Shown: positions 9,716 through 19,926, numbered from the stretch's first letter. The stretch is 64,000 bases of DNA from Alphaproteobacteria bacterium (GCA_024280895.1 JAJRPI010000014.1:20893-84892), one strand, 5' to 3'. The notes: a model not told the origin generated them from the sequence alone. A program made the numbers and translations.

Positions 9716-10846
9716 ATGTCTTTAACTGCGATCCATATCAAAAACTATCGCTCGATCCCCGATATTTCCTTTCCCGTGCACAAGCTGACGGTGTTTGTGG
9801 GCAAAAATGGTGTCGGTAAGACCAATCTCTATCAGGCCATGCGGCTTTTACATTGCGCGGCCAACGGCACGATCACGCGAGAAATAGCCGATCAGGGAGG
9901 CTTGCACTCCGTGATGTGGGCGGGCCCTCGCAAGCGCCATATGAGCACACGATTGGTGCTCGAAGCCGAGCTTGATGACTATAGTTATGCGATCGAAATC
10001 GGTTTTCCGCGTCCAACGGACGCCGCCCTTGCCAATGAACCGATGATCAAGGAGGAGCGCCTGACCTTGCGGACCGGCAAACGAGCTGTTGTCATTATGA
10101 TGCGCAAGGGACCAAGTGTGATGATACGGGGCAAAAACAACAAGATGGCGCAGCACATGACCCTGCTCCCCTCCGAGACCGCCCTGTCTCGTATCCGTGG
10201 GCACAAGGATGCTCCCGAAATAGATGCGGTTCAATCGCAGCTGACTGACTGGCGCTTCTATCATGATTTTCGCACCGATCAGGCCTCCCCCGTGCGTCAA
10301 CCCTGCCGGGCATTATGTACGCCAACTTTAAGCTCAGACGGTCATGATCTGGCTGCCGTTTTTGCCACCATTGCCGATATTGCAGAGGACACCACCGATA
10401 TTCACGGCGCCATTGACGATGCTTTTCCAGGAGCGCAATTGCATCTGGGTATGGAAAATGGCCAGGCAAACCTGTCACTGGCTTTTCCAAGCGAATTCCC
10501 CGATGCCAATCCCCCCATCAACCGTCCCTATAAGGCGCTGGAGCTATCGGATGGGACCTTGCGCTATTTGTGCCTTGTGGGCGCGCTTTTGAGCTATCGA
10601 TTACCAAATTTCATTGCACTCAACGAACCTGAGGCGAGCCTGCACCCGGATCTAATCGCCCCCCTCGCACGAATGATCAAGAAGGCCGCCTTTCGCACGA
10701 ATATTTGGATTGTTACCCATAGCGAGCAACTGGCAGTGCAACTTTCCGAAGAAACCGGCATTATACCAAGAGACGTGATCCGCCGCAAAGACCAGAACAG
10801 CGGGGCGACGTGGATCAAAGGCCTGAAATTGACCGGTGAGTTTTAA
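9716..10846 (+). CDS. ABC/SMC-like AAA family ATPase (COG4637/AAA_21-like)
   Basis: IKNYRS, Walker A GKNGVGKTN, signature LSDGTLR, LNEPEASLHP, H-loop VTHS. Confidence 0.9.
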   Translation: MSLTAIHIKNYRSIPDISFPVHKLTVFVGKNGVGKTNLYQAMRLLHCAANGTITREIADQGGLHSVMWAGPRKRHMSTRLVLEAELDDYSYAIEIGFPRPTDAALANEPMIKEERLTLRTGKRAVVIMMRKGPSVMIRGKNNKMAQHMTLLPSETALSRIRGHKDAPEIDAVQSQLTDWRFYHDFRTDQASPVRQPCRALCTPTLSSDGHDLAAVFATIADIAEDTTDIHGAIDDAFPGAQLHLGMENGQANLSLAFPSEFPDANPPINRPYKALELSDGTLRYLCLVGALLSYRLPNFIALNEPEASLHPDLIAPLARMIKKAAFRTNIWIVTHSEQLAVQLSEETGIIPRDVIRRKDQNSGATWIKGLKLTGEF

Positions 10847-10976
10847 AATTGGGCAGTACAAAACCGTCAAGTCTCAAGCTGCAAGCGAGAAACGCTAATT
10901 AACTTCAATTGTTTAGCAGGCTTGATATTCTCTCAAAACTGTGAGAAAACTATTTTATAGTGTATATTGCACTTTT

Positions 10977-11106
10977 GGAGTGTGTTCGTGCTATCCATCC
11001 CCACCATGAGGCATGATCGCACTCTGAACACTAACGCCTTGCGTTAGTCGAAGCAGGTTGCTCTGGGTATCACAGGTTTTGCGTTATACCGGAGCACCTG
11101 CTTTTT
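10977..11106 (+). ncRNA. candidate three-hairpin small RNA
   Basis: Hairpin 10978-11024 (15-bp stem, C-rich loop), hairpin 11030-11048, and long terminator-like hairpin 11051-11103 followed by a T run. Lies between convergent genes; TATATT at 10963. Confidence 0.5.
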
Positions 11107-11109
11107 GCT

Positions 11110-11168
11110 GCCCTCAGACAGCGTAGCGGTAGGGCGTCACAAGAGCCCTCAGACAGCGCAGCGGTAGG
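11110..11168. repeat. 24-bp direct repeat, two copies
   Basis: GCCCTCAGACAGCG(T/C)AGCGGTAGG at 11110-11133 and 11145-11168, with an 11-nt spacer. Confidence 0.8.
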
Positions 11169-11181
11169 CATCCAGTCTTTT

Positions 11182-11682
11182 TTACCCTAATGAAACCATC
11201 CCCGCAAAACGTTCAAGCGCCCCGGGTTGCAGCTCAAAGGACAGCATCCGTGCCATGTCCACAGGCCCCGGCATCAAAATCTGGGCGCTGGGAATGACCT
11301 TGAAACCAGCCTTTTCATAATAGGCGATATCACCCACCAGCAGCGCAAGTTCATATCCCTGATCACGGGCTAAATCGAGCCCCGCATTCATCAAGCGCAG
11401 GCCGCAACGATGACCACTATAGTCGCGAAAGACGGCGAGCGGTCCCAGCAACAAGGCACCCTCTTTGCCATCTATGAGGATTTGCGTAAAGCGGATCGAG
11501 CCCACCAACCGCTCTTCATGCGTCGCGGTGAGCGACAAAGCTTGCACAAAATCGCCGCCTTCACGGACCCGGTAGGCCGTTTTAGCAAAGCGCCCAGGGC
11601 CAAAAGCCTCCATGTGCAACCGTTCAATCTGTGGGGCATCTGCGCGTATCTCAGGCCGGATTTTCATATCGCTGCAACTCAT
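11182..11682 (-). CDS. GNAT family N-acetyltransferase (YhbS-like)
   Basis: AFGPGRFAKTAYRVRE, LLGPLAV, LLVGD..YY...GF, MPGPVD. Confidence 0.9.
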   Translation of the reverse strand: MSCSDMKIRPEIRADAPQIERLHMEAFGPGRFAKTAYRVREGGDFVQALSLTATHEERLVGSIRFTQILIDGKEGALLLGPLAVFRDYSGHRCGLRLMNAGLDLARDQGYELALLVGDIAYYEKAGFKVIPSAQILMPGPVDMARMLSFELQPGALERFAGMVSLG

Positions 11683-11822
11683 ATCCACGTCTTTCTTTCA
11701 TGTCACGACAAAAAGCAAGCTGTGCGCATAAAGACAGGCAGATTGATCCAGCCAGATGGTAAAAGGAAATTTCTGGAAAAGCCGGACAGATCAAAAGCGC
11801 GCACAATTGGGGAGCGATGGCG

Positions 11823-11888
11823 TTAAGCCACCAGCTGACAACCACATCGTCGTGTATCGCGAATTGAATTGAGACCCATATATGTCAT
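11823..11888 (-). promoter_or_regulatory. candidate 21-aa leader peptide upstream of the GNAT gene
   Basis: MTYMGLNSIRDTRRCGCQLVA* with tandem CGA-CGA codons, followed by a foldable region before the GNAT start. Confidence 0.35.
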
Positions 11889-12027
11889 GGGCTCTTGCAT
11901 ATCCCAAGACCAGCGCCCTGTCTATCAAGAATTGGCTATCAAGATTTAAACGGGCGGGGTTGGTGCGCGAAAATATCAAAAGCTGTCAAGATCAAGCCCT
12001 AGATAAATAATGAATCGAAAAAAAACG

Positions 12028-12477
12028 CTACTGAGCGTCTTGTTTCATCAAATCGAGGGCCTGCATGAGGTCTTTGCGCCCCACAATCAGGTCTTCCACG
12101 GTCACGTCATCGACCACCTCAAGAAAAGCTGCCAGTGCCTTTTGGAAAGTCAATGACAGCTCACACAAGCCTGTCAAAGGGCACGTACTTGTGGCTGGTA
12201 CAAAACACTCAACCAGATCAAATCCGTCTTCCGTTTTGCGCAAAATTTCACCAACCGTGATGTCCCCAGGCGCTGTGGCCAGTTTAAAACCGCCATTTCG
12301 GCCGCGATAATTATCCAGATAACCCCATTGCCCTAGCTGGTGCACGCATTTCACGAGATGTGCTTTGGAGATATTATATGCTTGTGCAATATCCTTGACG
12401 CGCGAGAGTTCATCTCCCTTGAGCGCCGAGTACATCAAGGTTCTCAATGCGTAATTGCTGTAAGCTGTTATTCTCAT
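12028..12477 (-). CDS. Rrf2 family transcriptional regulator, NsrR-like
   Basis: MRITAYSNYALRTLMY, RGRNGGFKL, three Fe-S cysteines (VECF...STCPLTGLC). Confidence 0.9.
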   Translation of the reverse strand: MRITAYSNYALRTLMYSALKGDELSRVKDIAQAYNISKAHLVKCVHQLGQWGYLDNYRGRNGGFKLATAPGDITVGEILRKTEDGFDLVECFVPATSTCPLTGLCELSLTFQKALAAFLEVVDDVTVEDLIVGRKDLMQALDLMKQDAQ

Positions 12478-12717
12478 TATTGGTTTCCCCCGGGGCGTGC
12501 CGTCCCGTCTGCAATCCATAAACACTGATCTGTTTATTATTGTTGCACCTTAAAAGTCCTCTTGTCACGTTCCCAAACGACAATGACCCCCAAAGTGATT
12601 ATTCAGTGCGGTAATTTTCTACACCTTCTATGCAATAGTTTGTTGCACAATAAAAATTGTACTTAATATATGCATTTAATTTTCCCCAGTGATTTTCAAG
12701 ATGCCAGCCAATCAAAT

Positions 12718-15498
12718 CTAATCCAACTCCGCTCGGCGCAGCAAGTCGGTTAAGCTTTGGCGGATGGTCGACCAACGCCTCTCATCCCGAATTTTTTCTC
12801 CGAGCAGGTCTTTGACATAAAAGGCATCCACAGCCCGCTCGCCATAGGTACTAATATGGGCTGATGTCACGGACAGACTAAGCTCTGCCAATTCATGGGT
12901 CAGATCATAAAGCAGCCCTGGACGGTCCAGCGCTTCAATCTCGATCACCGTGAACTTATCGGACAATTTGTTGTCCAGGGTGACGATCGGTTCGATCGTA
13001 AACGCATCAATGGCTCTTTTGGCGGCCATTTTATTTGCCATTATTTTACGTAAACTGGTTTCGCCGCGCAACAGCTTGCCAATGGTCTTGGCAATCCTTT
13101 TTCCCCGGCGCAATTCGTCTTCTTCCATCTCGAACTGGCGTTGCAGATAAAAATTATCAAGCGCCATACCATCGCGCGTCGTCGAAATCTGCGCCCCGAC
13201 AATATTGGCACCAGCCGCCGCGCAAGCCCCAGCAACCTGCGACAAGAAACGAGGATGCGCCTGCGAATACAAAATCAGCTCGGAAATTTCCGTAAACTCA
13301 TCCGTCACAACCTTGGTCGCAATATTAATGTTTTTACGCGTGGCCCGATGCACCAATGCAGCATGCTGGAGCTGATGCTGCTGATTGGTTTTGAGCCAAT
13401 AATCATCATAGTGGTTCGCGACATACTGGTCGCGCTCATCGCTTGACCATCCCTCCAGATTTTCTCTCAGACTATCAATAATCACCTCAATACGTCGTTT
13501 TTGATCTAGCCTTGTGTGACCACCGCCCAGCACCGGTTCTGTTTCATAGTAAAGATTGCGTAACAGCTCGCCTTTCCAGCCATTCCATACGCCAGGACCA
13601 ACGCCCCTGATATCGGCAACGGTAAGCACCAGCAGCAGTTTCAACCGCTCACGGCTTTTCACGATAGCGGCAAAGTCAGCCGATGTTTTGGGATCCGAGC
13701 TATCGCGATTTTGTGCATAATGGCTCATCACGAGATGATTCTCCACCAGCCAGACGACAATATCTGTTTCAGAGCGTGACAGGCCAAAACGGGGACACAA
13801 AACCCTCGCCACTTCGCCGCCAGCTTCCGAATGATCCTGATCGCGTCCCTTGGCAATATCATGCAACAACAAAGCCACATAGAGCAGGCGGGTATTTTCA
13901 ATCGAATCAAGAATTTCAGCTGATAGAGGATGATCCTCGGCATATTCCCCAAGCGCGATCTTGGCCAGCACACCGATCGTTTTAATAAGATGCTCATCCA
14001 CCGTGTAGCGATGATACATATTAAACTGCATCAAACAGACAATCTTGCCAAAATCAGGAATGAAGCGTCCCAACACCCCGGCCTCATTCATCTTGCGCAA
14101 GGAATTTTCGACACCACGCGGGGTTGTTAAAATATCCAGAAACAACTCATTTGCTTCGGGGCTCTCGCGCAGCTCGTCACTGATCAGATGAAAGCTTTTT
14201 TGTAATAGGCGCAGGGCTGCAGGATGCAGCAAAACATTGTTCAATTCAGCCAGATAAAACAGCCGGATAATATTCAGCGGGTCTCGCTCAAAACATTGCT
14301 CTGACTTGACATTCATACGCCCGTACTCAATGGAAAAATCGTCATTTTCAAAGACCGGCTCTGACTTGGAAGGTCTTAACTTATCGAACAAGCGATAGAG
14401 GACCGGGGGCTGCTTGAGCTGCTTCAATTCAAGCGCCGAGCAGATAATGCGTGTCAGTTCGCCAACATCACGGGCCACCAGAAAATAGTGTTTCATAAAC
14501 CGTTCAACGGCCCGCAAACCGGCCCGCTCATGATAGTCCATACGATCGGCCATAGGGATTTGCACATCAAAGGAGAGCCGCTCTTCGGGGCGCTTGCTCA
14601 AGAAATGCAGATGACAGCGCGCCGACCATAAAAAAGCTTCACAACGTGCAAAAGTGGCCTTTTCCGCCGATGACAACTCGATATTGCGCTTGGCCTGCAT
14701 GACCTTGACGTCGCGCTGTGTGTAATCTAGCAGCCAGTTCAACGTATGCAGATCGCGCAAGCCCCCCTTGCCCTCTTTAATATCTGGCTCGACAATATAG
14801 CGCGAGCTGCCGCTTTTCTTGTGGCGCTGCGTTCGCTCGTCAAGCTTGGCCACGATAAATTCTTCCGAGCGCCCCTTGATCACCTGCTGAGTAAAGCTGT
14901 CAGTAAATTTCTCAAATAGTTCCTCATGCCCGCACAAGAAGCGGCTATCGAGCAAGGCCGTGCGAATGGTATAATCTTCAAGCGCTGTGCTGATACATTG
15001 CTTGATGGTGCGCGTTGCATGTCCCACCTTGAAGCCCAGATCCCACAAGGTATACAAGATGAATTCCAGCAGACTTTCGCCCCAGGCCGTTTGCTTGTAG
15101 GGCAGCAGGATCAACAGATCAATATCGGACCCAGGCGCCAGCAGCCCGCGGCCATATCCCCCTGTTGCCACAAGACAAATACGCTCTCCAGAGGTGGGAT
15201 TGAGACGCGGGTAAATATGTTGCGATCCAAAGGTAAAAATATATTCGATCAACTGGTCCTGAAAGGCTGAAAAATCGCCCGCGCAAGACAGCCCGTTATT
15301 GTCATCCTCAAACCGAACCTGCAAATCCCCATGTACATCCCCCATCCATGCCTTGAACACCGATAAAAGTTCGGACCGCATTTTGGCTTCATTGCCTTGA
15401 TGGGTTTTAGCGATTTTGGCCAGATTCTCGGTAATTTCCGCTCTACGGAAAATATCCTTATCTCTCGATAGTCTCGATTTTGGGGGCGCTAGTTCCAT
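12718..15498 (-). CDS. glnD: [protein-PII] uridylyltransferase/uridylyl-removing enzyme
   Basis: GGYGRG..APGSDIDL, KEGKGGLRD, HRYTVDEH, LLHDIAKG, two C-terminal ACT domains (DRPGLL). Confidence 0.98.
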   Translation of the reverse strand: MELAPPKSRLSRDKDIFRRAEITENLAKIAKTHQGNEAKMRSELLSVFKAWMGDVHGDLQVRFEDDNNGLSCAGDFSAFQDQLIEYIFTFGSQHIYPRLNPTSGERICLVATGGYGRGLLAPGSDIDLLILLPYKQTAWGESLLEFILYTLWDLGFKVGHATRTIKQCISTALEDYTIRTALLDSRFLCGHEELFEKFTDSFTQQVIKGRSEEFIVAKLDERTQRHKKSGSSRYIVEPDIKEGKGGLRDLHTLNWLLDYTQRDVKVMQAKRNIELSSAEKATFARCEAFLWSARCHLHFLSKRPEERLSFDVQIPMADRMDYHERAGLRAVERFMKHYFLVARDVGELTRIICSALELKQLKQPPVLYRLFDKLRPSKSEPVFENDDFSIEYGRMNVKSEQCFERDPLNIIRLFYLAELNNVLLHPAALRLLQKSFHLISDELRESPEANELFLDILTTPRGVENSLRKMNEAGVLGRFIPDFGKIVCLMQFNMYHRYTVDEHLIKTIGVLAKIALGEYAEDHPLSAEILDSIENTRLLYVALLLHDIAKGRDQDHSEAGGEVARVLCPRFGLSRSETDIVVWLVENHLVMSHYAQNRDSSDPKTSADFAAIVKSRERLKLLLVLTVADIRGVGPGVWNGWKGELLRNLYYETEPVLGGGHTRLDQKRRIEVIIDSLRENLEGWSSDERDQYVANHYDDYWLKTNQQHQLQHAALVHRATRKNINIATKVVTDEFTEISELILYSQAHPRFLSQVAGACAAAGANIVGAQISTTRDGMALDNFYLQRQFEMEEDELRRGKRIAKTIGKLLRGETSLRKIMANKMAAKRAIDAFTIEPIVTLDNKLSDKFTVIEIEALDRPGLLYDLTHELAELSLSVTSAHISTYGERAVDAFYVKDLLGEKIRDERRWSTIRQSLTDLLRRAELD

Positions 15499-15688
15499 AC
15501 ACTGATCCGATTCTGGTCCATAAAGTTCTCCCTATATAGGGGGGGATAAGATCTGCGGCAATCAACATTGCGATACAATAACCCCAAGATAAATATTGCA
15601 CAGGGCGAGCAGCTTGACTAAACAATTGATCAGTTTGCCTCAGCAGCTTAAAAACACATTACGACAAGCACTCAAAAAAGGTCTTCCC

Positions 15689-15931
15689 ATGAAAGCACGT
15701 ATTCATGTCACCCTCAAACAAGGCGTCCTCGATCCCCAGGGCAAAGCCATCTCGCACACACTCGAAGCTCTTGGCTTCGAGGGCGTAGAAAAAGTACGCC
15801 AGGGCAACTTCATCGAAATCGAATTAACAGAGACCGATGAACAACGTGCCGGTGAGCAGGTCGAGCAGATGTGCCAAAAACTACTCGCCAATATGGTCAT
15901 CGAAAATTACGACTTTAAGCTGGTATCCTAG
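15689..15931 (+). CDS. purS: phosphoribosylformylglycinamidine synthase subunit PurS
   Basis: [18 protein letters not shown]...LLAN.VIENY. Confidence 0.97.
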   Translation: MKARIHVTLKQGVLDPQGKAISHTLEALGFEGVEKVRQGNFIEIELTETDEQRAGEQVEQMCQKLLANMVIENYDFKLVS

Positions 15932-15959
15932 CCCGAGCGAACCTCGAAGGAACTATGTC

Positions 15960-16649
15960 ATGAAAGCATCGATCATTGTCTTTCCCGCCTCCAATTGCGA
16001 CCGCGATGTTGCGGTGGCGCTCAACGAGGTCACCGGCAAGGCACCCCATATGGTCTGGCACGGAGACGCCGACCTACCCTCCAGCGATCTTATTGTATTG
16101 CCGGGCGGTTTTTCCTACGGCGATTATCTGCGCTCTGGCGCTCTGGCGGCGCGCTCCCCGGTCATGAACGCTGTCATTGAGCGGGCCAAAGCCGGTGTGC
16201 CGGTACTGGGTATTTGCAATGGCTTTCAAGTCCTCACCGAAAGCGGATTACTACCCGGCGTCCTACTGCGCAATGCGGGCCTTAAATTCATCTGCAAGGA
16301 CGTCCATCTAACGATCGAGCGCGATGACACCTTGTACTCTTCTGATTATAAAGACAATAAGGTCATCAAGGTTCCTGTTGCTCATCATGATGGCAATTAT
16401 TTCGCCGATGATGACACCATTCGCCAACTCGAAGATGACAATCGCGTGGCGTTTCGCTATTGCGACCAACAAGGCAACGCATCGAGCGAGGCCAATATTA
16501 ATGGCTCGCGCAACAATATTGCCGGTATTTATGATGAAAGCACGCGCATTCTTGGCATGATGCCCCATCCCGAACGCATGATCGCGCCTGAACTTGGCGG
16601 CAATGATGGCCTTCCCCTGTTCCGCTCCATTCTTGATACGTTGCACTAA
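15960..16649 (+). CDS. purQ: phosphoribosylformylglycinamidine synthase subunit PurQ
   Basis: [33 protein letters not shown]. Confidence 0.98.
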   Translation: MKASIIVFPASNCDRDVAVALNEVTGKAPHMVWHGDADLPSSDLIVLPGGFSYGDYLRSGALAARSPVMNAVIERAKAGVPVLGICNGFQVLTESGLLPGVLLRNAGLKFICKDVHLTIERDDTLYSSDYKDNKVIKVPVAHHDGNYFADDDTIRQLEDDNRVAFRYCDQQGNASSEANINGSRNNIAGIYDESTRILGMMPHPERMIAPELGGNDGLPLFRSILDTLH

Positions 16650-16681
16650 TCCCCCCTGTCCCCAATAAAAGGATTTTCGCC

Positions 16682-17065
16682 ATGAGCTTTGATGATGATG
16701 TAGACAAGCAGAAGAAAAAATTCCTTGCAGCCCGCCTGGAACCAGAGCAAGTCATTGCCGCCACCCAGTCCTTTGCCGACAAACTGTCACTGGAAATCCA
16801 GAGCAAGCGCCTAAAGTTTGATTATGAATTCGACAATGAAGACGGACCAAGAGTGTCAGTGCTTTATGCCGAAGCACCCTTTCACATCGGCACCGTCTAT
16901 GTGCAGGGAAACGGCTCCATCGCCTTCACGTCTGAAAGTGAATATTTTCCTCAGGTCGTTGCCTATGAGGAAGAAGAAGAATTTTTTAAGGACGCCAAGG
17001 AATTCCTCGTCGAGGGCCTTGCAGCCTTTGAACTGGACGAAGAAGAAGACAGCTACGAGGCTTAA
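16682..17065 (+). CDS. hypothetical, strongly acidic protein
   Basis: 127 aa, AGGA RBS upstream, about 31 Asp/Glu against about 12 Lys/Arg by manual count. Confidence 0.75.
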   Translation: MSFDDDVDKQKKKFLAARLEPEQVIAATQSFADKLSLEIQSKRLKFDYEFDNEDGPRVSVLYAEAPFHIGTVYVQGNGSIAFTSESEYFPQVVAYEEEEEFFKDAKEFLVEGLAAFELDEEEDSYEA

Positions 17066-17098
17066 GGGGAAATACAGACTACCGCCCCCGTTTCGCCT

Positions 17099-17127
17099 GT
17101 CATCCCTGCGAAGGCAGGGAACCATAG
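17099..17127 (+). repeat. GTCATCCC-hairpin repeat (single unit) upstream of the GIY-YIG gene
   Basis: GTCATCCCTGC-GAAG-GCAGGGAACCATA. Confidence 0.85.
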
Positions 17128-17148
17128 CCCCTGCTCCAGAGAGGGAAA

Positions 17149-17448
17149 ATGACCAGCGAAAAACAGTACTTTGTCTACATTCTGGCGAGTAAAAAGCATG
17201 GGACACTGTATATCGGTGTTACCCGCGACTTGATAAAAAGAATATGGGAACACAAAGAGGAACTCGTTGAAGGTTTTACAAAGAAATACAGTGTTCACAA
17301 GCTCGTTTGGTATGAGGTTCATCAAGAAATCGAAGCCGCAATCGTCAGGGAGAAAAGGCTTAAAGCCTGGAAACGCGACTGGAAAATCAGACTGATTGAG
17401 GACGATAATCCAGAATGGCAAGATTTGTCGTTAAATTTGACGCAATGA
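17149..17448 (+). CDS. small stand-alone GIY-YIG nuclease, Ssn-like
   Basis: YFVYILAS...GTLYIGVTRDL..RIWEH...GFTKKY...LVWYE...AI.REKRLK.WKR.WK..LIE..NPEW.DL; flanked by hairpin repeats. Confidence 0.9.
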   Translation: MTSEKQYFVYILASKKHGTLYIGVTRDLIKRIWEHKEELVEGFTKKYSVHKLVWYEVHQEIEAAIVREKRLKAWKRDWKIRLIEDDNPEWQDLSLNLTQ

Positions 17449-17481
17449 CAACCCGTTTCTTCAAACCGCTCAAAATTCCGT

Positions 17482-17591
17482 GTCATCCCTGCGAAGGCAG
17501 GGATCCATACGCCGCAGCGCTGCAGAAAGATTGACAGTTTGAGAATAATCGATAGATCGGGATTATGGATCCCAGCCTGCGCTGGGATGAC
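17482..17591. repeat. GTCATCCC...GGGATGAC paired palindromic element (110 bp)
   Basis: GTCATCCCTGCGAAGGCAGGGATCCATA ... TATGGATCCCAGCCTGCGCTGGGATGAC. Confidence 0.9.
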
Positions 17592-17669
17592 AGCTGGGAA
17601 TATTAGACACAGCTGAGATTATTAGATAGAGCAATTGATATAACCGAACAATCTGGACGAAGAACCAAT

Positions 17670-19880
17670 ATGACCAAGATTAAAATCACTCCTGAACTCG
17701 TGGCCGAGCATGGCATTAACGAGCAAGAATATGAGCATTTGCTGGATATTCTGGGGCGCGAGCCAAGCTATACGGAGCTGGGCATATTCTCCGTTATGTG
17801 GTCGGAGCATTGTTCTTATAAATCATCGCGGTTTTGGCTCAAGCAACTGCCAACCGAAGGCCCGCAGGTTATTCAAGGACCCGGCGAAAATGCCGGCATT
17901 GTTGATCTTGGCGATGGCGATGCGGCTGTTTTCAAGATGGAAAGCCATAATCACCCCAGCTATATCGAACCCTATCAGGGTGCCGCGACCGGTGTTGGCG
18001 GCATCATGCGAGATATTTTCACCATGGGCGCGCGCCCCGTTGCCAATATGAACGCGCTTCGTTTTGGCTCTCCCGCCCACAAAAAAACCCGTCATCTCGT
18101 GGCGGGGGTTGTGTCTGGCATTGGTGATTATGGCAACTGCATGGGCGTGCCAACCATTGGTGGTGAAACCGATTTTGACAGCCGCTACAATAATAATATC
18201 CTCGTCAACGCCATGTGTGTGGGCCTCATCAAGACCGACAAGATCTTTTATTGCGCCGCTCACGGCACGGGCAATCCTGTCATCTATGTGGGCTCAAAAA
18301 CGGGGCGCGATGGTATTCACGGCGCCACCATGGCCTCGGCTGAGTTCGCAGAGGATAGCGAAGAAAAACGCCCAACTGTACAGGTCGGCGATCCGTTCAC
18401 CGAAAAGCTGTTGCTCGAAGCCTGTCTCGAATTGATGGCCGGTGACACCATCATCGCCATTCAGGATATGGGCGCGGCGGGCCTCACCAGCTCATCGGTT
18501 GAAATGGCAGACAAGGGCGGCGTTGGCTTTGCGCTTGATCTCGACATGATCCCGCAACGAGAAACCAACATGACCGCCTACGAGATGCTTTTGTCCGAGA
18601 GCCAGGAGCGCATGTTGATGGTCTTGAAGCCGGGTTCCGAAGAAGCGGCCCGCAAGATCTTTGAAAAATGGGAGCTGGATTTCGCCATTGTCGGGCTGAC
18701 CAATGACACCAACCATTTAACCATCACCCATCAAGGTGAAGTAGTAGCTGATATTCCTGTCGCATCGCTGGCCGATAGTGCGCCAGAATATCAGCGCCCC
18801 TTTGTGGAGCCAACCCCTCCCCCTGCGATCAAGCCGCAAGATGTCAAGGCACCGCCGTCCATTCTTGGTGCTTTAGCGCTGATGATGGCCTCGCCAAACC
18901 TTTGTTCGCGGCGCTGGATCTGGGAGCAATATGACCATATGGTAATGGGCGACACGATCGGCCGTCCCGGCGGCGATGCTGGTGTGGTGCGCATTCACGA
19001 CACGAAAAAAGGCCTCGCCGTCACAACAGATGTGACGCCGCGCTATGTCACCGCTGATCCCTATGAAGGTGGTAAGCAGGCCGTGGCCGAAGCCGCACGC
19101 AACCTGTCCGCCGTTGGTGCCCGCCCGCTGGCCATCACCGATTGTCTCAATTTTGGCAATCCAGAGCGCCCCGAAATCATGGGTCAGTTTGTGGCCGCCA
19201 TCAAAGGCATGGGCGAAGCCTGCGAGATGCTCAATTTCCCCGTCGTCTCCGGCAATGTGTCGCTTTACAACGAGACCGTCATCGATGGCGTCTATGAAAA
19301 CATCCCGCCCACCCCGGCAATTGGCGGCGTTGGTCTCATCGAAGACACTGACTTGATGTGTGATATTGCGTTCAAGGATGAAGGCGATGCCGTTATCCTG
19401 ATCGGCCCAGAACGTGGCTGGCTGGGACAATCCATCTATCAAGAAGTGGTCATGGGCATGCTGGAGGGAGCTCCCCCGCCCGTTGATCTGGAGCTTGAGA
19501 AAAAAATCGGCGCACTGGTGCGCACGCTCATTCGCAAAAAGCTGGTCAATGCCGTGCATGATTGTTCTGGCGGCGGGCTGATGGTGACGGTTGCGGAAAT
19601 GGCACTGGCTGGAAACAAAGGCATCGAGTTTGGCCCCACCGATAACAAGTTACCGGCACATGCCCTGTGGTTTGGTGAAGATCAGGCCCGCTTCGTGCTC
19701 ACCTGCAAAGAAGAGAACCTCGCGAAAATCGCCATGACCGCTCAATTTTCGCAACTGCCCACCGGCATGATCGGCACCGTCAAGGGAGATAGTATCATCC
19801 TAAAAGACGAAGACCCGCTGCGCCTCGACACCCTGCGCCTGATGCACGAAGCCTGGTTACCAGGGTTTATGAAGGTTTAA
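17670..19880 (+). CDS. purL: phosphoribosylformylglycinamidine synthase subunit PurL
   Basis: [41 protein letters not shown]. Confidence 0.99.
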   Translation: MTKIKITPELVAEHGINEQEYEHLLDILGREPSYTELGIFSVMWSEHCSYKSSRFWLKQLPTEGPQVIQGPGENAGIVDLGDGDAAVFKMESHNHPSYIEPYQGAATGVGGIMRDIFTMGARPVANMNALRFGSPAHKKTRHLVAGVVSGIGDYGNCMGVPTIGGETDFDSRYNNNILVNAMCVGLIKTDKIFYCAAHGTGNPVIYVGSKTGRDGIHGATMASAEFAEDSEEKRPTVQVGDPFTEKLLLEACLELMAGDTIIAIQDMGAAGLTSSSVEMADKGGVGFALDLDMIPQRETNMTAYEMLLSESQERMLMVLKPGSEEAARKIFEKWELDFAIVGLTNDTNHLTITHQGEVVADIPVASLADSAPEYQRPFVEPTPPPAIKPQDVKAPPSILGALALMMASPNLCSRRWIWEQYDHMVMGDTIGRPGGDAGVVRIHDTKKGLAVTTDVTPRYVTADPYEGGKQAVAEAARNLSAVGARPLAITDCLNFGNPERPEIMGQFVAAIKGMGEACEMLNFPVVSGNVSLYNETVIDGVYENIPPTPAIGGVGLIEDTDLMCDIAFKDEGDAVILIGPERGWLGQSIYQEVVMGMLEGAPPPVDLELEKKIGALVRTLIRKKLVNAVHDCSGGGLMVTVAEMALAGNKGIEFGPTDNKLPAHALWFGEDQARFVLTCKEENLAKIAMTAQFSQLPTGMIGTVKGDSIILKDEDPLRLDTLRLMHEAWLPGFMKV

Positions 19881-19926
19881 ATGCCCTCGCGGACAGCGTT
19901 GGGGACTGGTCCCCAAACCCCGATTT
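19878..19926. repeat. truncated copy of the REP/MITE-like element at 26792-26956
   Basis: GCGGACAGCGTTGGGGACTGGTCCCCAAACCCCGATTT matches the reverse complement of ~26893-26930; TAAATGCCCTCGC is identical to 26790-26802. Confidence 0.75.

Noticed and set aside
7922..10846. The two ATPases as one defence system or prophage remnant
   Set aside because: They belong to different ATPase classes and are separated by an opposite-strand ORF, with no nuclease partner, integrase or att-like repeats seen.
11110..11168. 24-bp direct repeats as a mini CRISPR array
   Set aside because: Only two copies, an 11-nt spacer and no cas genes in the window.
17062..17421. Minus-strand ORFs over the GIY-YIG gene and ORFs at 20717-21046, 29997-30407 and 31698-32018
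   Set aside because: They are translations of palindromic repeats or antisense frames, not independent genes.
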